A stretch of 64,000 bases of DNA from Anthoceros angustus (Eukaryota > Plantae > Anthocerotophyta), in the NCBI GenBank assembly GCA_010909165.1, contig VJWM01000011.1:682001-746000 (forward strand), written 5' to 3'. The notes below the pieces were generated by a model. The model was not told the DNA's origin. It saw only the letters and a list, made by a program, of their open reading frames with translations, and ran no database searches. Of the stretch, positions 1 to 12,806 are shown piece after piece. Made by a program: the position numbers and the translations under genes. How positions within the stretch are numbered: position 1 is the stretch's first letter; every line of letters begins with the position of its first letter.

Positions 1-489
1 ATCTCCGCAGCCAGAAATGAATGTGGATTGCGGCGCATTGAAGAGCCTGGCTTGGCCTCGCGGATATACATATTTGCTTGGCACAGCTCCCAGCCTGCCA
101 TTCCCTCCGCCCCCTCCCACCAGCGTTCTCGTCCTCTCTTCTTGCGCGCTCTCTCCAGACGTGTCCTAGGCCTGTGCGCGGGATTACAATCCAGTCTCAC
201 GCACCTTCCTTCTTGCGCGTCCCGAGCGCCATCTGTTTTCTTCCAGCAAGCTTTGTAATTGCTAGACATCCGAGATGAAGAAGCTGGCGCGAGCCAAAGC
301 CAAGGACCGGCAAGCCAGCAGCTCCGCCACCGGCAGCATGCAGGACCATGACTCGCACGACGACGATTCCTCCACCTCGGTCCCGGTACGCTTCCTCTCT
401 CTCCCTTTCTTGAATGCCGTCAATTCGTGACTCCGTCTGCTTCCGCCACAGCGCTGCGGCCAGGCGTCTTACATTGTTCCCTTTCTGTG

Positions 490-666
490 CAGCAGATGAG
501 GACCTGCGGGCCGCACAACGCCAACCCGCACCTGGTGCACTACTCCGACAGAAGCGAGCTCCGCCGCATCTGCGTGGTTTGCAGTAAAAGGCAACACTTC
601 TACTGTCCTTCTTGCAACAGCTTCATGTGCCTCGGCCCCTGCTTCGTGAAGCACCACTCCGGTTGA
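490..666 (+). mobile_element. Cys-rich zinc-binding tail resembling the C-terminal domain of piggyBac-like transposases (fragment)
   Basis: Translation RRICVVCSKRQHFYCPSCNSFMCLGPCFVKHH has CxxC-CxxC-C-CF-H spacing, follows a CAG acceptor and ends at a stop. No catalytic DDD core was recognised upstream. Confidence 0.35.
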
Positions 667-2288
667 TCCACTCGCGGGCTTCCGACCATCTCCTGTTCCT
701 CTTTCCCTCTTCCAGTCGCACCGGAGCGATCTCCGCTTCCATTGCGTTCTTGCGTCACTGACACACAGCCGAGCGGCTTGGGAGGAATTTCGGAAGCTAG
801 CACAACCAGGCGCTGTGTTTTTGTTGCCGCTGGAATCATCCATCCAGCAGTGCCCGACCAAAACCTTGGCCGGTGCAGGTGATCTTCCACAGTGAGCATA
901 GTGTGGAATCTGCTTGTCAAGTGCAGTCGCTGTTTCCAGACACGCATTCGTCGTGCTGGATCTCCGCGCACCTAGTCGGATTCCCAAGGAAATTCCAAAT
1001 GTGAGAATAATTTTGGTTTGGCCGGGCAGTAGCTTCAGATTTAGTCGGTCTATCAGCATTCGCATGCATGTACATACCTAGTCTGGAGCTGTCTCTCCGT
1101 CTCTCTGCTGTGAAACCGAGAAGGATGTTGGATTGCCATTTCCAATCGCTGCACAATCTCTGGCAAGGCTTTCTGATCTGCATTCTCAACCGCGCATTCT
1201 CAATCGCTCAACGAAATCCAATGCCCGTCTTTCCTCCGCGCAGGTGCAGAGTATCTTTCGGGGTCAAGTTCGTGTTGAGTTGTGGAACGCGGTTAGCGAA
1301 GGCGGCACACGCATTAACTGCGGTGTCTTTGCGTTTGTGCATCTAGGAGGAACGCAGTCAACGACAGTCGAGGATAATTAAGGCCTCCGAACAACAAGTA
1401 CGTGAGCGCAGGCTGCAGGAGCCTGCTCTGCTGCAGCCAATACTTGGCTGCCTTCCGATAACGCCGCAGTTAATGAAGAGTCTATTTCCGGTAACCGGAG
1501 GTGGTGTAACCGAGTTCCAAGTTCCAACTAGGAGTACGTGGTCAGCAGGCAGCCGCCAGCCGCCGACGAAGAAGATGGACATAAAAGCTCCCATCGGACA
1601 CGCCCCACTTGCCGCCGACACCCTCTGCGGCGATAACAGCCAGCATCTGCGAACGAACACCTCGTTACATTTCTGGGCTTTCCCCTATGAGCATATGCAG
1701 TGTATGACGTGTCCTGCACGTACTCACGTGTTGTAGCCTAAGTATTTTAACTTTTTTATATAATAGTCGAGAATAAGGAAAATATTAAAAATCTGTATGC
1801 ACATTAATTATGCTGGATACTACTATACTTCAATCTGCAGGTGCAAATTTAAAATACAAGCATATAATATACTATAACACTATCTATATAAAGATAGATA
1901 AACAATAGGTCTTGTCCTTATCCATAAAAGCTATTATGCATGGTGTGTTTAATGGGCGCGAGCGCTTCCATGGGCACTTAGAATGGTGTGTTTAATGATG
2001 CCCTGCCTTAACTAAACACCCCATCTAAGTATCCCATCTAAGTGCCTAACTATATGGATATTATCTTTTATATTACTTATTAAGCTTATAGTCTTTTAAT
2101 AAAATTATGATTTTTATCATATTAAATATTTACCATAAAATAAATATCGAACCTACATGACTTTGAAGTCCACATATCAATCATAAAAAATATTATATAT
2201 GTATATATCTCTCTCTCTTTTTATAGTATACAAAAGTAATATTATCGGTAGTTGTGTACGAACCACAAAGCTTGATGATGCGATAAGC

Positions 2289-2860
2289 TTTCAGCACCTT
2301 TTTATATCATTATCATAGGGCCTTTCAGCACCTTTTTATATCATTATCATAGGGCCTTTATCGAGGCGGTAGCTTGCCAGAGTGCTTACAAGATGCTTCA
2401 CTTCTTAGAATATTTGTGTAATAATCATCTCGCAGGATTAATAATTTAATCTACATTATAAAAGTATATCATAGTTACTTATGGTACAAAGTTTTATTTA
2501 TTGATGAAATTTCGGCACCCATAGTAGCAGAGCACGATGGGTGCCGCTGAGTGAAGGAAAATGATCAAAGATCGTAGCAGAGCATGATGGGTGTCGCTGA
2601 GTGAAGGAAAATGATCATAGATCGTAGCAGAGCACGATGGGTGCCGAAATTTGAATGTAGGTCACTGGGTGTGAGTATCCTAACCGTCTAGCTACCAATA
2701 ATGCATGTTGTCAATATGAAGAACAAAGTTATCCATCAGTAGTGACTACCCTATGATACAAATGGCTTAGGCTGGATGGACACATTTATAAAAACAATCA
2801 GTAGTGACTACCCTATGATACAAATGGCTTAGGCTAGATGAACACATTTATAAAAACGTC
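2289..2860. repeat. Cluster of short tandem duplications in AT-rich intergenic DNA
   Basis: ~34-bp unit x2 (2289-2360), ~53-bp unit x2.4 (2523-2646) and ~62-bp unit x2 (2737-2858), read directly from the sequence. Confidence 0.85.
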
Positions 2861-3942
2861 ACTATTAAGCATCTTGCACTTGGATCGATACTTAGATGTG
2901 GTACTTAGAGAAATGGATGCCCTTACTAGCACAAGGCACACTATGGTACAAGTTGTCTACCAAAGTGCATGACCGAAATTCGTCCTTAGCGGACTTAAAT
3001 AAGAGTTTTTGCAAGTCTACCAATAGCGATACTGTCCGATTGAATATCTGCTTGATTCTTTGGTTAAAAATTCAGGTCCATTAATAATTATTGGGTACGG
3101 ATAGTGAATGCTTTCCATGGAGGTACTTCAAGTTCACTGGCCTTGTTTGTGCGGGGCTTGGCAGGTATAGCTACAGCTGTAGCCTTTGTGATGGCGCTGG
3201 CTATGTAATCCTCAGCGGTTTTTCTATGTCCGTGCGGTCCCTACTGGTCTCTCCTGTCTCTCCTGTTCAACTTGCCTTTCTTTCTGGGAAAAGCAGTGCG
3301 AACGTGGTCCGCGCTGGCAAATCAAGTCCACAGACCAGCCTGATCGCCATCTTTGGTTTGTCTCTCTCATTTCTGGTGACTTGAGTTGCGGGAATTGAGG
3401 CATGCCCTTCCTCCAACCCCAGACAATTATCTCGTCTCAGGTTCTGGCTTGCTTCTGCTGGATTAGGAAGTCGTCAGGAGCTTTCTTGATCCCATCGGAC
3501 AGCACGATCTGGATCGGTGCCTTGGCCCTTCGTCGCTCCTTATTCGTTTGTCGACTCCCATTTTGCGGCACCGATGAGGGTATGCCTCTTCTTCCGCGGT
3601 GTGCTGTTTATTGGGTTTAGTGCACCCTTCTCACCGACAACCTGTGTTGTTCTGGTATCCAGGCGGAGAAAATTCGGAGCGGTGGCTGGATCTGGTTGCG
3701 GAGTCTGCCGGCGCCAGTGCACTGATTGCGAGTTCTGATCACGGGATGAGAGCTTTGCAATGTCATCGCTGGGGGCGGGGTTGACACTTCCCCGAAAGTG
3801 CGATAGGATTGACCGTACCTTCAGACGGACTGGAGCTTCCGAGCAGTAGCCAGATCATGCTGCTCCAGGCTGGGATTGGCAATTTAGTACGTGAAACAAC
3901 AGGAGGCTGGATCTCCATCTGACGAGCAACAGGTGAAGGGAC

Positions 3943-4575
3943 ATGGTGGGCAGTCAGTCTTCCTTCTCGGCTCCTTCGCCGGGTCTTTCTGGCACCGCCA
4001 GCCCTCCTCCAGAACACAGCTACTTCATCGGGCGGAGCAATCAGAACTATGTGAATGTGGTCTCTTTTGGCTTTGTTGCTTCCGCTATACTTATTTCCAT
4101 GTTTCTTGTCATGGCCATCTTTGAGAGGCTCTTGCGACCAAGAGCCTCTTTGCAGCCGATTTTACCCATGTCGGAGAGGGATTCCGACCACGTGGCGATG
4201 CTGCCAATCAGATCTCAGTTGACGACACGCATCCTGAAGTTGGAATCCACGGTGAGCTGTTTTCCAGTGTATGTACCCGTGGCTTCCACAGAATCTTTGT
4301 TTGCTGTGATAGAGTGCTTTGGTTTGGAGGATGTTGTGTGCTTTAGTTGGTGATGCTGCTCCCAAGGTGCGATTCTGATTCAGTACTTGTGTTCATTCAT
4401 ACAGGTGTATAGTAACCCAGAAGCATTAGGCATCCCGGTCCTGATGCCTGGCCAAGATAGCCCCTCTTTCATCGCACGTCCTGCACCAATTCCAGCTTTG
4501 CCGCGAAGCCCTTCAGTGACTCCAATGTTGGGAAGGTCTCATCTGGGATGTTCCAGTAGCTCCACGAGTGTTTGA
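3943..4575 (+). CDS. Small single-pass membrane protein, At5g65660-like plant family (2 exons: 3943-4251, 4405-4575)
   Basis: ATG at 3943; hydrophobic segment VVSFGFVASAILISMFLVMAIFERLL; in-frame GT-AG intron 4252-4404; second exon has the family motif VLMPGQDSPSFIARPAP. Confidence 0.8.
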
Positions 4576-5217
4576 AGCCACAAACCTCGACATGCAGTGT
4601 TAAGATAATATGTGCCTCTGGTCAGCAGGTGAAGCACGGATAGGGTTTCGTGAGGCGCAGCTGGTGAAGGTGCCTCATCAAGGGCTTTCCGACATGATCA
4701 ATTCCCGGAGTAGTGCCTTTCATGTGTCGGACCACAAATGTTAGTTGTGGACAGGGGTCCATGCTAGAGTATGCCGTGTTGTGTGGCTCCAATCTGGTCA
4801 CGGTGGGTCTGAAGATAAGGTCACCATGTCACTAGCGACTTGGGGAGCAGCAAAAGACGGGCGATGCCCTCTGTCAGCGTCATGCCCATCCTTGCCCATC
4901 TTGTTATGGGTTGTAACAAGGACAGATACCAAAGGTGTCATCAGTACGACTAGCAGGGCTCGAGGGCACATCCTGCAACGGATGTAACAATGCCAGATTA
5001 AATACCGACGTTAGCACGTATGTGTAGGTCTTTGCCTTCCGACGTGAGAGCTGGAGTTTCCACAGCTTTTACAGGGACACATAGTGTGCCTATCTGCAAT
5101 CAAAGGAGCAGTGGAATGCGTGCATCTGCGTGTCTTTGGGTGAGACGCGAAAAGTAGCAACAGTATAAAAATGGCTTTTCTTGGTCTGCTCTCAGATGGA
5201 AAAGGAGCTTGTTTGTA

Positions 5218-8200
5218 CTACAAGGCTTCCTGGCTACCCTTGGAAGTAGCCTCCGGCCTGACTGTGTTTTGAAGCGCAGGCTTTTTCTTGTTCATGAATG
5301 TCCTGGCACTGTAACGTGCTATGAGCAAGCGGATGAGAGGTTGGACATCTTCGTTCACTTTGATGCACACGAAGAAGAGGAGGCGGTAGATGAGGATCAT
5401 GAGACAAAGAACACCAAGATCCCACCACTTGCTTCTGTCCATGTCGATCTGGTAGTTGTCTCTCAGAATCTGGTCTCCTTTGATGTGCAATCCTGGAAAC
5501 GGGCTGTCGAAGGTCACTCCTCGTAACTCGTTTTGATACATTCCCTGCGTTACCCACAACGTGTGGTTACCAGCTAGCTGCTCCTGGTTGAAAGAGGAGA
5601 TACTTTTGAATGAAGTTAGAAGTGGGAAAAATTGACAGCATACCTGAAGGGCGTACAAGTGGAAGCTGAGGTAGGACATGGGATAGCGCCAGAAAAGCTT
5701 CGGGAGGTCATTGGGCAGGCGAAAAAATCCCGCAAGAAGCATATAGATTCCCTGTGTGGCCAGCACATTGCAGTATTATATGGCCGCACTTCATCAGGCA
5801 TCAGGCAGCAGTCAGTCATGTTTAATGTCTGTACCTGGATTCCAGCGCCAGTGATGATGCCCATGAGGAAGTTGGGGACCACGCTTGCCACCGCCATCAT
5901 CAGGCTCTCCACCACGGTTACACAGGCAAACAGGGACAGCACGAAGTAGGCAAAGTAGGAGAAGCCTGGATGCAGCTGCACCATGAAGTAGCAGATGGAG
6001 GCGGAAACTGCACTGATGAGAAACAAGAAGGGCAGAGAGGAGATCGTGTTCCCCACCACAAATGCCACCACGCCGTAGTGCCCATTCAGCCTCTCACGGT
6101 GATAGACCTGCCAGTAACTTCACGTGTCAGGTTGGTGCGAAGTTTGCCTCTTGCCCAGGTTTAGGAGATGTGCTGAAGAACATTGTGTACCTTCATGTCT
6201 TCCACGAACGAGGGGAAGCCGCCGATGGACATGAATGTGAGAAATCCTGTCACGTACGACATGCACGAAGCTCTGGCCTGCAATTTTATGTTACATATAG
6301 CAAGTTTACTTGAAGCTCGAGTGTGCAAGCATATGCGCTCTTGGGATGAAGTGGAGCAGGTGAGTGAGTAGAGACGGTTACCATGATGGCCCTGTAGTCG
6401 TTGCCTAGTTTGTAGTAGATTGTGCCAATGCACAGGCTTAACAAGATGTAGATGGCAAGACGGAGCCAGTAGTAGCCCATGTCCCGAAACATATTGGTGA
6501 ACGACCTTCGGGTGAGGGTAAAGGACTGCATGATGAAACTGGCTTGGCTGCCTGTTGATTCCAGCACCGTGCCTTTCTGGGTGGGACAGACATGGAGAAG
6601 AAAAGTGACAAGGATGAGTCGTAAGCCTGTTGGAGATGAAAAGTTTGAGTATGCACAGGACGTCTGGACTGTAATAGTAGCCCAGCATACCCTCTGGGAC
6701 AGTTCAGCGACTCTGGCAGCCGCCAGCATTGCAGCCTCTGATGTTTGATAGGCATCCACCAGCAACTTGACAGCCTGATTTGCACTCGTGTTTTCCAAAG
6801 GATCACTCTGAGCTGCCTCGCTATCCGCCTGAAGAAGGCATTCCAGAATGTTCATTAAATTGTACCGCAGGCCATGTACAAGACGAAGCCAGCAAAAGCA
6901 GGTTCGATCCAGTGCATGCAGCATCGATGATGAACATTGCACGTACCTTGAGGTTGAAAGAGCCAGAACGGAGAGTGGCCTTCACCCTGTCGAAATCGGC
7001 GTTGATGGCACGAAGGAAGTGGTCGGAAGGATTGCGGAGCGAAGGGCAGGGGAAGCCGGCAGCGGCAAAGTGCTGCGCGATGGCAGGCATGCATTGCCAA
7101 GCAATTCAAGGACTTGTTTGCAAGAATTTCCAAGCGCATGATTGCATGGCCAGATGCCAGGTGTAGGCAAGGTAATTGGTGAAGGAAGCAGCAATCACCT
7201 CGCATGCTGAAGGGGCATCCCCAAAGTAGATGAGCTTCCCTCCAGAGAGAAGCGTAAGGTTGTCGAAGAGCTGGAACACCTCGCTGCTGGGCTGGTGAAT
7301 GGAGGCGATCACGGTGCGCCCATCTCTTGCCAGATTGAGCAGCGTAGTCGTCACAAAGAAGGCTGAAGCACTGCAATGTCCATTTCATCATCCATCGCTC
7401 ATCAGGGAGTCTCACTGATTTCATCAGGCCATTGACAGGAATCGGCCTCCTCACCTGTCCAGCCCGCTGGTGGGCTCGTCGAGAAACAGCAAGCGAGGTC
7501 GAGTGAGAATTTCCAAGGCGATGCTCACGCGCCTCTTCTCCCCTCCGCTCAGGCCCCGCAGATGCCAGTTGCCGACGTAGGTGTGGGCGCAATCCTGCAG
7601 CCCCATCTCCCGAATCGTACTGTCCACGATGGCCCCCTTCTCCGCCCTGCCCATGCTGTCGGGCAGCCGCAGCTGCGCCGAGAAGAGGATGGTCTCCCGC
7701 ACCGTCAGCGTCCCGATCAGGGAGTCCTCCTGCGTCACATACGCCTGCAGCAGCAGCAGCAACAGCAACAATTCACCTTCATCGCCGACAACACAACACT
7801 TCCCGTTCCCGAAGGTGGTGCCCAGCGTGGTCTCTCACCGCAGTGCCGTAAGAACGCTGCGTGCGGCATCCGTTGATGAGAATGTCGCCCGTCTGGGTGG
7901 TGTTCCTGGCCAGTCTCCCCGCAAGCGCGTCCAACAAGGTGGACTTGCCGGAGCCGGAAGGGCCCATGATGGCCATGATGCTCCCGGGCTCGGCATAGCC
8001 CGTGAGCCCATGCAGCACGGTGTGCGTCTCCCCCTTGGCGTTGCTGGCCCGCACCCACACATCCTTCCACGTCAAGGTGGCGCAGATGCTGGGCCCGTCC
8101 TCAGCTTCCTCCATCTTGCTGCTCCCGGCCGCGCTCCTTCCTCGAAGCGTCTCCACGCCGGCTGCCTTCGACCGAGCTGGCTTCCGCGCAGCAGTAGCAG

Positions 8201-8396
8201 CAGCAGCTCCAGAATGCCGAGGCGGAGCTCTCTCTCCCGCTCCCGCTCCCGCCGCCTGGTGCTTCCAGAGCAGCTGGCTGAGCGGGCTCATGCCGCCCCA
8301 TTTCACGCCTCCCTCCTGCGCGGAAGGCAACGGCAATGGCAGCGGCACAGCCGTGGCGGCAGACGCTGACGATCGGGCCGTGTTGGATACTCTCAT
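5218..8396 (-). CDS. ABC transporter G family half-transporter (WBC, ABCG11-like), multi-exon
   Basis: Walker [10 protein letters not shown], signature LSGGEKRRV, Walker [42 protein letters not shown] domain ending [20 protein letters not shown]. Start codon uncertain (8396, 8291 or ~8115). Confidence 0.93.
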
Positions 8397-8782
8397 TCTC
8401 CCGGCCTGGCCTGGCCTGACGCCCCTGCCCGGACACTGGACAGGATCTTGGTCGATCTGTTTCACGCTCCGAACCGACTGTTCAAATTTCCCAGTTTCAC
8501 GCTCCGTGCTGCAGTGCAATCGACGCCCGGTCGTGAGCTTCAAACAAATCGCAGTCCTGCCCTGCCACAGCCTCTGCCACCATGCTCCGACTGGACTTGG
8601 ACTCGGGTCAAGAGAAGTTGGGTCCGAGTTGGCAACAGCCTCCCACAGCAGGGAGAGAGCGGGAGGGCTGGCTGGCTGGAGGTGGGTCGTGCCTGCACTG
8701 CCCGATGCCGATGCCGGAAGCCGGAAGCGGGTAGAATGATATCTCCTCCTGGAATTGGACGAAGCTTCTCCTTCTTCTTCTT

Positions 8783-8820
8783 GTGTGTGGGTGTGTGTGT
8801 GTGTCTGTGTGTGTGTATGT
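8783..8820. repeat. (GT)n microsatellite
   Basis: tgtgtgtgggtgtgtgtgtgtgtctgtgtgtgtgtatgt. Confidence 0.9.
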
Positions 8821-9311
8821 ACATGCATCGCAGGGCTGAGCTTAGGTGAGCTGAGGAGGTGGCATCGATCGAGCGGAGCGCATTCATGTCACGGGCCCTT
8901 GCAGCCGTGGCCTCCTGGACTTGAAGGCTCCCGAGCGAGCAACGCGAACCTGCAACACGGTGCTCACAGTGTCCAAACCGTGCAGCCAACAACTGCGATG
9001 ATGAGGCAGTGGCTACAGGCGGGTGAGTCATAGACCGTGAGCCTGCAACACCATGCGCAGCATTCAAGGCTAGGCACGCGAATGCACGTCACGGAGTCCG
9101 CGTGTCTTCTCGTCTCAGGCATCCGCACATCATGGTGGACCACTGCAAAGGATGGAATGCGATGGAGGATGGAACCCTAGCTGCTTCTTTTATTCAAAGT
9201 CAGGTCCAGGTCCAGATCCAGGACCATTGTGTTTCTCTTTGTCTGATCGTGATCCGCAGGTGTCAATGGGGAAGGAAAGAAAAAATTAGACAGACAGCAA
9301 ATCTCCTCCTA

Positions 9312-12300
9312 CTAGGAAAGGCACACGGACAAATTCTGCTTCCTCATGGCCCGCACCACGTCGATCAGAAATCTGAGCACCTCCGCCAGGACCAGGGACA
9401 GGAACAATATGATTCTATACCCCACAGCTATGCCAGCTAAGATTAACAAGCTCACCCACTTTCCGTGGAACGAGTCCAGTTGGAACACGTCCTTCAGAAC
9501 CTGCTGGTCCGATAGTGCAGCGGGTGAGGTAGAGTTGATTCCGGAGAACTCGTTTTGGATCAGACCCTGCACATTTTTTGGTGCACCACCGTCAGCCAGC
9601 AGCAACAGCAGCAGCAGGAGAGACAGGTTGGTGGTGTTGGTTCTGTTGTGTTACACCCGGCAGAGCAGCAGCAGCAGCAATAGGGATGACAAGAGATGAA
9701 AACTGCCAGCTTTACCCCGACTGCGTATGAGTGGAAGGAGATGTAGGAAGCTGGATATTTCCAAATGGGCTTGGGCAGCTCACCCGAGAGCTCAAAGTAC
9801 CCAGCCACCAGGAGAAAGAGGACCTGCAATGCCGTACATCACGAGAGTTCTGGTGAGCACCGTTCACGGAGAAAAGAAAAGGAAAGGTCACGATAAGCAC
9901 CGAGGGAAAGGGGGAGGGAGAAGAAAATACCTGCACCACAGCGACTAGAAGAATGCCTTCGTACACTTTGGGCAGGACAGAGGCCACCACCAGCAGGAGG
10001 CCCTCCACGATGGTGAGGCACAGGAAGATGGTCAAGACGAAGTACATGAAGAGGCCAAACACAGGCCGAAGCCCGATCAAGAAATACACGATTCCCGAGC
10101 ATATGCTCGACAGCAGGAACAAGAAGGGGATGGAAGATAGCAGGTTCCCCAAACAGAACATCACAGGACCGGTCTGCATGTGCGATCGTTCTTGCCAATA
10201 CACCTGCACCCACCATGATTTAGATTTTGAGGACGAACAACAAGTGCGCAAGCGACTCGACACTGGATATTGGCCCACAGCCGACCCGGGTACCTTGAGA
10301 TCCTTCACCAGGGCAGGAAACCCACCCGACGCCAGCAACGATAGGAGCGAGACGCACAGAAAAATTGCCGAAGCTCTGGGCTGTCAATCTCAAATGGAGA
10401 CTTGTTACGACTGTTCATGTTTCAAATTCATGTCGACAGTCGAAATCTGTCATATCAGCAATAGGAAGGATTGATGCATTACTTACCCGTACATTGTTCG
10501 GTTTGTCATCGATCTTGTAGAAGGCCGTCCCAATGCTAATCATCAGCAGACAGAAGACAGCCAGGCGCAGCCAGTAATACTTGAAATCCCTCGTCATGTT
10601 CACATACGATCGCCATGTCATAATCCCCACTCGGATCAGTGTTCCTGCCGTTTTTCTTTCCTCTAAAGCTGGTCTTTCCTGAGAAAACCATGACAAGGTC
10701 ACCGTCATGCTCCCAAGAAGGAACGTGACTGTCAGCGGACTGTGAACTTGGACAAGGGAGCGCCTTGTCGACACTGTTACCTGTTCTGCGAGGTCAAGGA
10801 CGCGTGTTAAAACTGTGCTGGCATCAATAGAAGCCTGATAGGTGGTCTCCAGAGTTCGAATGACGACCGAAGAATCCAGCCTTTCGCGAAACAGATCTCC
10901 TTGCTCGTAGTCCTGCATCAAGCAACGGCATTTTATTCATCACTATGATCGGTCCGGCCCCTGAACATGCACATTCGCTTGCGAGAGTTTCACACTTGGC
11001 ATATCAAGATATGTTACCTGCCCAAGCCTTAGTGACATGACTGCCTTGTCGAAGTCGGGGTTGATGGACCGCAGAAAGTGGTCCGGCGGGCTCTGCAGTG
11101 CTGGGCAAGGAAACCCAGCAAGCGCAAAATGCTGTCAAGAAACACATGTGGAGGTGAGGAAATCACTGCCGGCCGACCAAAACAGTACACTTGTGCTACA
11201 CCAACAAGCAAACAGAGCCTACATCTAAGATTGAGCTGGATCCAGGGAAGATCGATCACGTACTTCCAACGCCCCCACAGCTTCCCCGAAGTAGATGGTT
11301 CTACCATGTGAGAGCAGCAACAGGTTGTCTAGGATGGTGAAAGCCTCACTACTGGCATGCTGCAGACTGATTAGCACTGTCCGACCCTTGTTAGTCAAGT
11401 TCTTCAGAGTCGCCATGAACATCAATCCTGCCACACTGGTAGCAACACATCCACCATACCGATCAGCGAGTGCATGAAGGACCACGCAAGTGCAGAACAT
11501 GAGCCAAAGCGAAGTATGGACGCAAGACACTGAGAGCACCACAATGTTTGTACCTGTCAAGGTTATAGTTAGGCTCGTCTAGAAACACCAATCGTGGCTT
11601 GGTTAGTAACTGTACAGCGATGCTCAAGCGCTTCTTCTCCCCCGTCGACAGAGCTGCGATCCTGGATGTGGCATACGCAGTGAGAGAAGTCTCTGCAATC
11701 GCTGCTTCCACCAGGGCAGATTTCTCCGCGCATGAAATGCTGCATTCTGGAAAGCGGAGCAGGGCCGAGTAGTGCAGAGCTTCCCGGATCGTCAGGGTCT
11801 CTATCATGTCCTCCTCCTCCTTTTGCACATACACCTAAACATGACAACAGCCTATATCAGGATCCACCCACCTGCAAAGACAGCACGAGGACAAAATGGG
11901 CCAACTTGAAGCACGTCGTACATATGATCCAGGAGGGATGAACTGTGGGCGCCCATTCAGAACGATCTCTCCATACACTCTCGCATAGGATGGCAAAGTC
12001 CCTGGAGCAACGCACAGACCCACCAAGTATGAACGACAAGTACAGACAAGAAAGGGGAAGGACATGAAGAAACGCGTCTCACCCGCCAGAGCCCTCAAGA
12101 GCGTCGACTTCCCACACTGTGGCGGACCCATCACGGCCAGCAGCTTCCCGGGCAGGGCGTACCCTGTGAGGCCCTGCACCACCTTGTATGGATGGCTCCG
12201 CTTCCCACCATACGCGACGGTGAGATCCTTCCACACCAGCACAGCCCCGCGGTCCAGCTTCAGGGCCTGCCGTCTCTTGTCAGACTCCGACCGCAGCAGC

Positions 12301-12806
12301 GAGTCGTTCTCATCGTTGGGCTCCTCGCCCTCCTGCTCGCCCACAACAAACCCGCTGTGCACCAGCTTCAGGTCCTGCTCCCGGGCCTGGGACTGGGCAG
12401 CCGCCTCCACCTCCTCCTGCTGCTGGAACCTTGCGAGGTCCGGGACGTAGTAATCGGACGCCCTCGCCCCCTGCTCCTCCCACAGCGCCAGATCGCTCCC
12501 GGGCGGCTGCAGCTGCTGCTGCTGCATTCCGGGAAACGCAAACTCGGAGTCGGCGAGAAGGGCATTCTGCCTGGCCGCCTCCCCCCGCCTACCATCCTCC
12601 CTGAAGGTGACGGGAGGCTCGTGCGCCAAGGGCACCGGCGGAGGAGGCGCTTCCGCCACCCGCGCAGCCTGCCCCAAGGGGCTCGGCCCCGGGCTCCGCT
12701 GCCGCCGGACGGAGAAGGGAACCCGCACGAATGGCGGCTTGACCGCCCCGATGCTGGTGCCCGACAACTGGGACTCTGTCACTTCCGGGAGAAAGGCGGA
12801 AGCCAT
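9312..12806 (-). CDS. ABC transporter G family half-transporter, ABCG3-like, multi-exon
   Basis: WKDLTV...GYALPG, variant Walker A GPPQCGKSTLLRALAG, variant signature LSTGEKKRL, DEPNYNLD, FKYYWLRL, LPKPIWKYPASYISFH. These deviations match my memory of Arabidopsis ABCG3. A short extra last exon near 9170-9245 is possible. Confidence 0.88.

Noticed and set aside
2523-2860. CRISPR-like array (also considered for 22440-22660)
   Set aside because: The units are contiguous tandem duplications without unique spacers, there are no cas genes, and the context is eukaryotic.
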